Positions 8,704 through 16,389 of a stretch of 16,389 nt of DNA are shown piece by piece. The position numbers and the translations under genes were made by a program. Source of the stretch: Candidatus Jordarchaeia archaeon (GTDB taxonomy: Archaea; Asgardarchaeota; Jordiarchaeia; Jordiarchaeales; Jordiarchaeaceae); assembly GCA_029856435.1 (NCBI GenBank), contig JAHQXB010000135.1, positions 1-16,389 on the forward strand, written 5' to 3'. The notes under the pieces are model-generated. The model worked only from the letters and a program-made list of their open reading frames with translations. It made no database searches and had not been told where the DNA came from. The stretch's first letter is position 1, and the number at the start of each line of letters is the position of its first letter.

Positions 8704-9012
8704 ATGTTATATCCTAAAGAAAAACGTACCTACTGCCCGAAGTGCAGAACATACACTGTACACTCCATTTCCTTGTATAAGAAGGGTAAGGACAGAAAAA
8801 TGGCACAAGGTGCTAGGCGTTATAGTAGGAAGAAAAAGGGGTATGGTAGTCAGCCTAAACACTTCTACATATAATTGTAGAGCTGGGGCAAACCAATACA
8901 AAAAAGATTTGCTAAGACTACCAAAAAGTTTTCCCTTAAGTTAAAATGCAAAGAGTGTGGGTATACCATTCAAAAGAAGGGAATGCGTCTTAAAAAATTG
9001 GAAATTCAGTAG
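8704..9012 (+). CDS. rpl44e: 50S ribosomal protein L44e (eL42), split: join(8704..8858,8892..9012), 91 aa after splicing
   Basis: Exon 1 [52 protein letters not shown], then exon 2 [47 protein letters not shown] at 8692-8696. Canonical position between gins15 and rps27e. Confidence 0.93.
8859..8891 (+). other. 33-nt candidate bulge-helix-bulge/loop mRNA intron in rpl44e
   Basis: Contains in-frame TAA (8872-8874) and TAG (8878-8880). 4-bp central helix GCCU(8853-56)/GGGC(8886-89), AAA bulges at 8857-59 and 8890-92, and an intron stem TCTACA/TGTAGA. Cleavage after the second nucleotide of each bulge gives CCT AA|A CCA in frame. Confidence 0.82.
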
Positions 9013-9027
9013 GAGTGTATCCTGCAT

Positions 9028-9231
9028 ATGGTTAAACGCAAAGAAATTTTGCCTCAACCTAAAAGTAGGTTTATTAATGTGCAATGCTCCGATTGTGGTT
9101 CCGAGCAGATTGTTTTTGATAGGGCAAGCACCATTGTTAAGTGCAACGTATGTGGTAAGCCTCTAGTAAAACCACTTGGAGGAAAAGCAGTAATAATGGT
9201 TAAAAAAAGTAAGCAACAGTTTCTAAGTTAG
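9028..9231 (+). CDS. rps27e: 30S ribosomal protein S27e
   Basis: PQPKSRFINVQCSDC..QIVF..VKCNVCG..PLGGKA. Confidence 0.95.
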   Translation: MVKRKEILPQPKSRFINVQCSDCGSEQIVFDRASTIVKCNVCGKPLVKPLGGKAVIMVKKSKQQFLS

Positions 9232-9242
9232 ACTAGGTGATA

Positions 9243-10037
9243 ATGGTGGTCAGGCCAAAAAGGGAATACCCAGAAAAGGGGGACTTGGTGATTGGAACAG
9301 TCACCAGAATTGCTAATCACGGAGCATATGTTCAGCTTGATGAGTACGATAACAAAGAGGGAATGATTCACATATCGGAAATCGCTCTGAGTTGGGTTCG
9401 AAACATAAGAAATTTTGTTAGAGAAAAACAGAAAGTAGTGGCAAAAGTGCTCAGAATAAACCCCCAAAAAGGATTCATAGATCTTTCTTTGAGGCGCGTT
9501 AATGAACAGCAAAGACGCCAAAAAATACAAGAATGGAAAAGAACTCAAAAGGCAGAAAAACTCTTGGAAATGGCAGCCGCGAAAATTGGAAAAACTCTAG
9601 ATGAAGCATATACGGAAGTAGGTTCCAAGTTAGAAGAAGCATATGGCAGCATATACAGAGGCTTAGAGATAATATCTGAGAAAGGATTAAAAGTATTAGA
9701 GGATTTAGGGGTAAATAAAGAATGGATTGAAGTAGTTACCGAAATAGCGAAAACGCACGTGGAACCTCCAAAAGTTAACGTTGCAAGAACAGTAGAAATG
9801 ACTTGCTGGAAGCGTGCAGGTATAGAAGCCATAAAAAAAGCTTTTAGAGATGCAATTAGCGCTGTCCAAAACGAGGAAATTACTATAAATATATACACTC
9901 TAGGCTCACCAAAGTATCGCATAGAAATCACCGCCGATGATTACAAACAAGCCGAGTCTGCATTAGAAAAAATTATTAACACCGCCAAGGCAAGCATAGA
10001 GAATGAAGGCGGAACATTGGTGATTCCAAAAAGTTGA
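9243..10037 (+). CDS. eif2a: Translation initiation factor 2 alpha subunit
   Basis: S1 domain (YPEKGDLVIGTV..HGAYVQLDEY..IHISEI..GFIDLSLRRV) and C-terminal GSPKYRI. AGGTGA RBS at 9235-9240. Confidence 0.97.
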   Translation: MVVRPKREYPEKGDLVIGTVTRIANHGAYVQLDEYDNKEGMIHISEIALSWVRNIRNFVREKQKVVAKVLRINPQKGFIDLSLRRVNEQQRRQKIQEWKRTQKAEKLLEMAAAKIGKTLDEAYTEVGSKLEEAYGSIYRGLEIISEKGLKVLEDLGVNKEWIEVVTEIAKTHVEPPKVNVARTVEMTCWKRAGIEAIKKAFRDAISAVQNEEITINIYTLGSPKYRIEITADDYKQAESALEKIINTAKASIENEGGTLVIPKS

Positions 10038-10043
10038 TATTCT

Positions 10044-10232
10044 CTATGTTCCCCTAGACGTTTCACGCTTCATGTAAAATTCCCTTTTTTGCTGGCGCCT
10101 CCATTTGCCAACGCGATCTTCAATTGAGAATCTTGAAGGATGCGGTATTCTTACGTTACCCCCACAATAAGGACAAACCTCTTTGAAAGTATACTCCCCA
10201 CAAACTATACATTTCCGAAGCAAAAATTTCAT
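10044..10232 (-). CDS. nop10: H/ACA RNP protein Nop10
   Basis: LRKC..CGEYTFKEVCPYCG..PHPSRFS.ED..GKWRR, with GGAGG RBS upstream on the - strand. Confidence 0.9.
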   Translation of the reverse strand: MKFLLRKCIVCGEYTFKEVCPYCGGNVRIPHPSRFSIEDRVGKWRRQQKREFYMKRETSRGT

Positions 10233-10395
10233 TTATAAACCTCCAGTTAAAGACGTGATTAAAAATGAAAAATATCACGATTATTTCTAAGTAATTTAAT
10301 TTAAAAATTGTTTGGGATTGTTCAATTAGAACGCTAGCTCATGTCTGTTAACCTTGATTAAAGTCCTCTCTAATCTCGTTATCAAGCTCACGGTT

Positions 10396-12999
10396 TTACT
10401 CCACTAGAACGATTTTTTCTTCATAAAAGTCAGGTATACTTGTAGCTATTTTAATGAGTAGTTTATCGCCTGCGTTAACGGTTTGAGTTACTTTGAATTC
10501 AATTTGTTTTGTTTCTCCCGGTGCTAAACTTATTGGGAGGGTTATATCAAGTGTGCAGCTAGTCCCGTTTGAAAGTATTTGGGTGATGTTGTAAGTAGTT
10601 AATCCAGTATTGCTTATGTTTAGAATACCCGTTGAATTAGTATACACTGCCAGATTATTGATGTCTAGTTTTGAGTCTAGAATTGAGTAGTCTATCTCGT
10701 AGATTTTCACAAGCCCGTTGCTGGATATAAATATGGGTTTAAAATGGTTGAGGGTTCTAAAACCTGGAGTCCAACTGGACCCCAGGTATATATATGTAGT
10801 TTGAAGCGTTTCGTTTCCACCAATAACCAAAGGATATTTATTGTTGCTCATTTGAGTATACAGGTTACGGTTTAGAGTGTTGTAGTAATTGGGATGAAGT
10901 TTTGGTTCTGGGGCGTGATAGTACAATAGTTTATAGATTGTGCTATTAAAGAAGGCTTCTTGAATTGTTGATGTTCCTGGTAAAACGTAGGGGTTATAGA
11001 ACTGGTATTCATATGGTGTGTTGGCAATGAAATTATTTATGTACTCTTGAGATGCTCCGGATTGGTAGAGGTTCTGCACCAAGTTTATTACTTCATCAAA
11101 TGAGATTCTAACCATCCATAACCATTTTCCTTCATCACCGTGTATGTTTGCATCGTTGTATCCGAAGAACACCAGTACATGTGTAGCATTAAATCTTCGG
11201 AAATCCTCCAAAGATCTTATTTCACTAGTTTCCATAAAGGCGCGACCAATCCAGCCTATTTGTGTGAAGTTGCGAGTGTTCCCATCCGCCAAAGTTATCT
11301 TTCCACCTTTAACTGTAATCCAGTAACCATAGTCCCACCAAGCTGCAACCACTGCGTTCTCGGGAAGTTCATTTCTCATAAATGAAAACGCTTGATCCCA
11401 ATCTAGATATGCCCCACCATAACTATCTCTAACTATCATTGAGGGCGGTGGAGAGTATATGGTAGTATTTACTCCCTGGAGGAAAGCGTAGACTAAAATT
11501 ATTCCCACTATTGCAAAAACCAGCAGAGCTGTGTCACGTCCGAGGGGAACACTAATTCTCATTCTTCGTCTCCTAGCTATTGTTAGGGTCTTTTTAGTGA
11601 TAACTTGCGCTAATGGTTTAAATATTATTGACAAGGCATAGGCGCTAAGTATACATGCCGCAGGAGCTAACATGATAATAATGCGAATCATTGAACCAGT
11701 AAAATATGTTACAGTAGCTCCATATACTATTAAGAGTAAATCTTCTTCGTATCTTCTCTTAAATGCAAAGTATAATCCTACTGGAAAAAGAACAACAAGA
11801 AAGTTGAGGTCATAAAAGAAGATTCCCCAGGGGGTTGGCATTTGTTCCGCAACACTTGCGACAATGTGTTGTTCTTCCCTATATGTAGGGTAAATAATTG
11901 AAATGAATTTCGCTGCGAGTCCAGAAATGTTACCAAAAGCGTCCAAGTTAGCGATAATGAGCACGGCTACCAAAATTGAAACTATTCCCCCTACTAGTAT
12001 TAGGAATCTTTTTCTGTTTTGAAAAAACCATTGGACTTTTTCCAAAGCTTTTCCTTTTAAAGGAATATATCTAGTAACACTATCTAGAATCATTGTTCTC
12101 TGGGCATTAAGGTGGAGGAAAACCTCATAAAATAAGAGTATTGCCAAAACAATAAGTGCAGGGATAACACTCATAGATTTTAAAGCATCTGAACCACCCG
12201 TGGCGGGTACACGTGTAATAATAAAAATTGCTAAAGTAATTGTAACACTATAGGTCATAAAGAGGCGGGGCGTGTATTTTTTTATCAACAATAACAGTAT
12301 TGTAGTCAGGGGAAATATATACATTAGGTATAGGTAGGCCCCCCAACTAGCCGCCAATCCTCCTAAGCAGAGACCAGCAAAAACAGCAGATATTATTGAA
12401 CCTCTTTTTAGGGAACGTACGAAGAAGTATAGGGATAGCACTAGAAACAGCATCCCTACTGACTCATTATCAAAAAAGCCAACCATGGTTCTCTCAATAA
12501 AAGCAGGAGTAAACGCCAGGAGGAAGGCCGCAATAAGACCGGTCTTTTTGTCTAGAATTTCTTTCCCTAAGAAATAGGTTGCTACACAAGTTATAGCACC
12601 CATAAACGCCGGAAAGAAATAACAAATCATATAAATGTCAATATTAAACCCAATGGCATGTAGCAAAAAATATATGGTTGCGGCGGCGAAAGGGGTTCCC
12701 GGAAAGAATGATTGAGACATATCCCTGCCGATAGGATACCATGAGGCGTGATCATACCAACTAAACCATGAGTCAAAACCAAATATTGAAATATATAGAG
12801 CATTTTCATACTGGAGCCATGGATCGAAGGCTCTTATATAGGGGGGGTAGATAAAGAAAGGTATACATCTTATACAGAGTGCTATTATGAAAACCGAGAT
12901 AAGAGATAGAACTAGTAATATGGCTTGCCTGTTTACTTGGACCCTTGGTATAGGGATCAGCTTTTTTGCCTCGTATATAAACAGTTGAAGTTTAGACAC
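10396..12999 (-). CDS. aglB: Oligosaccharyltransferase AglB/STT3
   Basis: Multi-TM N-terminus with FDPW, FFDNE and SVAEQ; soluble domain with WWDYG, DGNT and DEGKWLWMVRI (DK motif). GTG start. Confidence 0.96.
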   Translation of the reverse strand: MSKLQLFIYEAKKLIPIPRVQVNRQAILLVLSLISVFIIALCIRCIPFFIYPPYIRAFDPWLQYENALYISIFGFDSWFSWYDHASWYPIGRDMSQSFFPGTPFAAATIYFLLHAIGFNIDIYMICYFFPAFMGAITCVATYFLGKEILDKKTGLIAAFLLAFTPAFIERTMVGFFDNESVGMLFLVLSLYFFVRSLKRGSIISAVFAGLCLGGLAASWGAYLYLMYIFPLTTILLLLIKKYTPRLFMTYSVTITLAIFIITRVPATGGSDALKSMSVIPALIVLAILLFYEVFLHLNAQRTMILDSVTRYIPLKGKALEKVQWFFQNRKRFLILVGGIVSILVAVLIIANLDAFGNISGLAAKFISIIYPTYREEQHIVASVAEQMPTPWGIFFYDLNFLVVLFPVGLYFAFKRRYEEDLLLIVYGATVTYFTGSMIRIIIMLAPAACILSAYALSIIFKPLAQVITKKTLTIARRRRMRISVPLGRDTALLVFAIVGIILVYAFLQGVNTTIYSPPPSMIVRDSYGGAYLDWDQAFSFMRNELPENAVVAAWWDYGYWITVKGGKITLADGNTRNFTQIGWIGRAFMETSEIRSLEDFRRFNATHVLVFFGYNDANIHGDEGKWLWMVRISFDEVINLVQNLYQSGASQEYINNFIANTPYEYQFYNPYVLPGTSTIQEAFFNSTIYKLLYYHAPEPKLHPNYYNTLNRNLYTQMSNNKYPLVIGGNETLQTTYIYLGSSWTPGFRTLNHFKPIFISSNGLVKIYEIDYSILDSKLDINNLAVYTNSTGILNISNTGLTTYNITQILSNGTSCTLDITLPISLAPGETKQIEFKVTQTVNAGDKLLIKIATSIPDFYEEKIVLVE

Positions 13000-13116
13000 T
13001 ACTAACCGCCAACTGAATCCAAATATTTTTACTTTTAGTTTATTTCGTTTCAGTTATTTTTAAGAATATCGCGAGAATAAACTTCGATTGAGTATGGTTA
13101 TATTTTAATTTTTGGG

Positions 13117-14259
13117 TTATTGAATTTTTTTTATTAAAATTTGGTGGTATCCGGTGATTACCCTGATGTATCCTCTTAGGGTCTCATCAAGTTCAGGGGA
13201 ACCGGTGTCAACCCTTAGTGTTGGTATTGTTGAGAGCTTGTAAGGCGTGGCTATAACAATAATATTTTCAATTCCCACTTTGTTAATCACCTCAGGGCTT
13301 ATTTGTTGATTCCCCCGCCCGAAAATAAAGCCTTGACGGCCTATAGGTGTTACAATTATTTTGGATTTTGCATTTTTTATAACTCTGAGGATCTCGCGCT
13401 CATCAGCATCTTTCGCAATAATTCTTCTATTTTGAACTAAATCTACTCCCAGTAATGTTTTGTCTATGCCCAATAAGTCAGCTATCGCTTTGCAAGTGGT
13501 TCCAGGACCAAGTATATAAACTGTATTGGGTTCTAGGTTCTCAACAACACTACGAGCTATGGCATTTTGATCCTCTATCTCATTTGTTGTTTGTGGACTC
13601 ATCCATTTGGAGCCTTGTAAGTACTGAGGTTCATAGGGGGTTATTGCGTAACCTTTCAACTGGACATTTAACGCATCTCTTCTAAACAGTTGCTCATTGA
13701 CATCCATTACTTCGGCTTCTCTAACTGGAAGTTCACCCCATAAATAACGTAATGTAATGAAACCAGCGGTTTTTGGGGTTGTAGCGAATGTGGCCGACCA
13801 GATTTTTACTCCCGAAGGAATTCCTAAAATTGGGATCTTTTGGTCTATAGCTTCAAGTATGTCGACTGTGGTGCCGTCGCCGCCAGCATAAAGGATTAAT
13901 TCGGCTCCCCTCTCAGCCATTATTCTAGCTGCTTTTTTAGTATCTTCAGAGGTGGTTTTTATAGAAGGAAGTTCACCAACCACCTCTGGTTCAAAGCCAC
14001 ACTCTCTCGCCTCATCCTCACCCATAATACTAGGAAAAGTTAAAAGTCTTAATACATCCTTCAAGGGTTTAAGAACAAGCAGAGCCTCCTTGGCTCTTTC
14101 GGGCGAGATTGGCTTCGCCCCCAATTCAATTGCCCTTCGGACTAATTCAGGATTATCTGAACCTTTAAACGCATATTTACCTGCGATTCCCGCAATTGGA
14201 TTCACTATTAATCCGAGGATTTTACTTTTTAAACTTGGTTGCCGCGTCTTTTCAAGCAT
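13117..14259 (-). CDS. ATP-NAD kinase family protein (COG3199-like)
   Basis: GLIVNPIAG..KGSD, GGDGT, LGIPSGVKIWS, GPGTT, TLLGVD, FIFGRGNQQISP. A GGTGA RBS at 14267-14271 supports ATG 14259 rather than the ORF-track start 14385. Confidence 0.85.
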   Translation of the reverse strand: MLEKTRQPSLKSKILGLIVNPIAGIAGKYAFKGSDNPELVRRAIELGAKPISPERAKEALLVLKPLKDVLRLLTFPSIMGEDEARECGFEPEVVGELPSIKTTSEDTKKAARIMAERGAELILYAGGDGTTVDILEAIDQKIPILGIPSGVKIWSATFATTPKTAGFITLRYLWGELPVREAEVMDVNEQLFRRDALNVQLKGYAITPYEPQYLQGSKWMSPQTTNEIEDQNAIARSVVENLEPNTVYILGPGTTCKAIADLLGIDKTLLGVDLVQNRRIIAKDADEREILRVIKNAKSKIIVTPIGRQGFIFGRGNQQISPEVINKVGIENIIVIATPYKLSTIPTLRVDTGSPELDETLRGYIRVITGYHQILIKKIQ

Positions 14260-14450
14260 TTGCATATCACCATCAAATAACTTTTTTAAAGTAAGGAGCT
14301 CTCTAAACTTTTTAAATTTGAAATACATCTTACTGAGGGAGTGCCCAGCTTGCTCTATTTGGCGCCACTTGGTGGGAACCCGCATAATATTATTTTTCGA
14401 TATGCCTATTCCTATTTTAATTATGTAGCTGGTTGTTAAGGATCAACTAT

Positions 14451-14493
14451 GTACAAATTACTTATCACCTAAGTACAAATTAGTATCGCTTAA
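14451..14493. repeat. Imperfect 22-bp tandem repeat (2 copies)
   Basis: GTACAAATTActtatcacctaa / GTACAAATTAg-tatcgcttaa, starting at 14451 and 14473. Confidence 0.55.
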
Positions 14494-14604
14494 TCTAAGA
14501 AAATGAAAAATAAGTCCAAAAAAGTAATATTTGGTTTTGCAGCTAAGAGGGTGAGGCATATACCGTTTTTTGAGTTCAAATATAAAAATAGCAGAAATGA
14601 AAGA

Positions 14605-15903
14605 TTAACCCTTTGAAACGATTTCTTTGACTATGCCCACTGCTATTGTATTGCCCGAATCTCTTACTGCAAATCTACCTAGCTGAGGTATTTCTTTGTA
14701 CAATTCGACGCACATTGGCTTCGTCGGTTCCAATTGTACTAATGCTGCGTCGCCCCGTTTAATGTAATCGGGGTTATCTTCAACCACTTGACCCGTGCGT
14801 CTATCAATTTTTGCTATTAGTTTTGTAAATCTGCAGGCTACTTGTGCTGTGTGAGCGTGAACCACTGGGCAGTACCCAACAGAGATTGCAGAAGGAAATT
14901 GAATTACTACTAGCTGTCCAACAAATTCTTTTGCGACTGTTGGGGGGCTAGTCTTATGCCCAGCAACGTCACCTCTTCTGAGGTCCTTTTTGGCTACGCC
15001 TCTAACATTGAAGCCTATATTGTCCCCTGGAACAGCTTCAGGAATAGCTTCGTGGTGCATCTCTATGGATTTGACTTCACCCTCTACGTTGGCTGGTTGG
15101 AAGACTACAGTATCGCCTACTTTTAGAACACCAGTTTCGACTCTTCCAACTGGCACTGTACCGACACCAGTAATTGTGTAAACGTCTTGTATAGGGATTC
15201 TAAGCGGCTTATCTAAAGGCTTGGGGGGAACAACAAACTTGTCTAATGCTTCAACTAAAGTTGGTCCTTTATACCATGGCATTTTATCGCTGTGCTTGAC
15301 AATGTTATCGCCTAACCATGCTGAAATTGGGACGAAATCCACATTTTCAACTTTAAAACCCACACTCTTAAGTAACTCGTTAACCTCGTTCTTAACTTCA
15401 TTATATCTGTCTTGGCTCCAATTAACTGAAGCGTCATCCATCTTATTTATGGCAACTAGAATTTGATTCACTCCTAGAGTAAATGATAAATATGCATGTT
15501 CTCTGGTTTGTCCTCCGATACCAATGCCTGCCTCAAACTCTCCCTTTCTTGCCGAAACAACTAAAATTGCTGCATCCGCTTGGCTTGTGCCAGTAATCAT
15601 GTTTTTAATAAAATCGCGATGACCTGGTGCGTCAATTATTGTGAAATAGTATTTACCGGTTTCGAATTTCCAGAAGGAAATGTCGATTGTTAGCCCTCTT
15701 TCTCTTTCTTCTTTGAGCCTATCTAGAACCCATGCAAATTTAAAGCTCCCTTTTCCAATTTTCTCCGCTTCTTGTTCGTACTGTTTTATAGTTCTTTCGT
15801 CAATTGCGCCCATTAGGTAAAGTAAGTGTCCTACCATAGTGCTCTTTCCATGGTCTACGTGTCCTATGATTACCAAGTTTAGATGTGGTTTTTTCGTTGA
15901 CAT
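14605..15903 (-). CDS. tuf: Translation elongation factor EF-1 alpha
   Basis: [39 protein letters not shown]; 432 aa, intact. Confidence 0.98.
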   Translation of the reverse strand: MSTKKPHLNLVIIGHVDHGKSTMVGHLLYLMGAIDERTIKQYEQEAEKIGKGSFKFAWVLDRLKEERERGLTIDISFWKFETGKYYFTIIDAPGHRDFIKNMITGTSQADAAILVVSARKGEFEAGIGIGGQTREHAYLSFTLGVNQILVAINKMDDASVNWSQDRYNEVKNEVNELLKSVGFKVENVDFVPISAWLGDNIVKHSDKMPWYKGPTLVEALDKFVVPPKPLDKPLRIPIQDVYTITGVGTVPVGRVETGVLKVGDTVVFQPANVEGEVKSIEMHHEAIPEAVPGDNIGFNVRGVAKKDLRRGDVAGHKTSPPTVAKEFVGQLVVIQFPSAISVGYCPVVHAHTAQVACRFTKLIAKIDRRTGQVVEDNPDYIKRGDAALVQLEPTKPMCVELYKEIPQLGRFAVRDSGNTIAVGIVKEIVSKG

Positions 15904-15978
15904 TTTTTATTCACTTCGTTTATTTTTTTCAGTTCTTTGTTCTGTTAATTCATATTCTGTTGTATTTAAATTTTTTTT

Positions 15979-16309
15979 GGAGAAACTGACCGGGAGAAAA
16001 CCCTGGCCGCCCTCATAGCGGAAGACGGAAAAAGCCCTGAGGGAAATCGCCAAAACCGTGAATGACCTAAACCTAGACATGACCGCCAAAGGGAAAGAGG
16101 GGAGCAGAAAACCCTGCTCGTGGCACGTATCACTATCACATCAAGAAGGTGGGCGGGAAACCCTCGACGAAACACCCACCTCATCTACAAGGGTGGAGGC
16201 AAGAATATATGAAGAGATAACGGGGGAGAAACCAAATGTCTTTGCCGTGGACGGAAGCGCAAAAACAAAAGCCCACACTGAGGAGACCATCATAGTCGCC
16301 CGGGCGTAG
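15979..16309 (+). pseudogene. Unidentified frameshifted GC-rich coding relic
   Basis: GC is ~50-55% against ~35% in the flank. Protein-like segments switch frames (ETDREKTLAALIAE / EKALREIAKTVNDLNLD / KTLLVARI / ARIYEEITGEKPNVFAVDG). There is no intact ORF and I cannot name the family. Confidence 0.35.
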
Positions 16310-16389
16310 CACCCTCACCCACAAGCCCCAACCCTACCAGATAGCTGCAAACACTGAAACCAACCATAGGGGTGGATGCCCTTTCAAAG

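Noticed and set aside
8863-8882. The intron hairpin TTCTAC...GTAGA resembles the Cas12a crRNA repeat stem
   Set aside because: Single copy with no spacers or cas genes; the stem is fully explained as the intron helix.
8860-8892. rpl44e as a simple pseudogene, or read by stop-codon readthrough
   Set aside because: Both halves are fully conserved with an intact RBS and synteny. Readthrough would need two stops bypassed and would add 11 aa in a conserved functional loop. The BHB geometry explains the insertion exactly.
9181-9231. Atypical S27e C-terminus near an A7 run (possible frameshift or second intron)
   Set aside because: Neither +1 nor -1 correction restores a more canonical ending, no BHB motif is visible, and this tail is variable.
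8681-10051. 11-bp inverted repeat GAACATAGAGA (8681-8691 / 10041-10051) flanking rpl44e-rps27e-eif2a
   Set aside because: The enclosed block is in its normal orientation relative to gins15, and 11-mer inverted matches are expected by chance in 16 kb of AT-rich DNA.
10254-10279. CGTGAT-N14-ATCACG inverted repeat upstream of nop10
   Set aside because: Only 6 bp, and it does not bracket the gene, so it cannot explain the inversion.
14361-14384. - strand GCGGGTTCCCACC...GGCGCCA looks like a tRNA 3' end or att site
   Set aside because: The T-loop (TTCRAAT) is incomplete, there is no cloverleaf, and no integrase is nearby.
14260-14385. 42-aa N-terminal extension of the ATP-NAD kinase ORF
   Set aside because: Low-complexity AT-rich translation; a GGTGA RBS at proper spacing supports the start at 14259.
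209-15466. Many overlapping ORFs in the track (e.g. 209-493, 425-898, 1021-1305, 3531-3920, 4714-5100, 7404-7907, 8707-8901, 8957-9166, 9545-9931, 13952-14428, 15221-15466)
   Set aside because: Antisense or alternate-frame shadows of well-supported genes, with no recognisable motifs or RBS.

Overview
Archaeal housekeeping region, AT-rich (~35% GC by eye) with GGTGA/GGAGG ribosome-binding sites. It is most likely from an Asgard archaeon, inferred from a Ras-superfamily small GTPase, a Pyrococcus RPA14-like subunit, and STT3-like AglB and eukaryote-like EF-1alpha/eL42 sequence features. The + strand carries the conserved information-processing cluster: METTL5-like methyltransferase, csl4, rpoL, RNase III-like, tfs, small GTPase, rpa3-like, PCNA, priL, priS, gins15, rpl44e, rps27e, eIF2-alpha. 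The - strand carries nop10 (inverted relative to its usual orientation), aglB, an ATP-NAD kinase family gene and EF-1alpha. Both window ends are GC-richer degraded DNA: IS630-like and IS1634-like transposase relics on the left, and an unidentified frameshifted coding relic on the right. Main discovery: the ribosomal protein gene rpl44e (eL42), missing from the supplied ORF track, is split by a 33-nt insertion with two in-frame stops. The insertion folds into a bulge-helix-bulge/loop motif whose canonical cleavage geometry restores the frame exactly. It is a candidate tRNA-splicing-endonuclease-type mRNA intron in a ribosomal protein gene.
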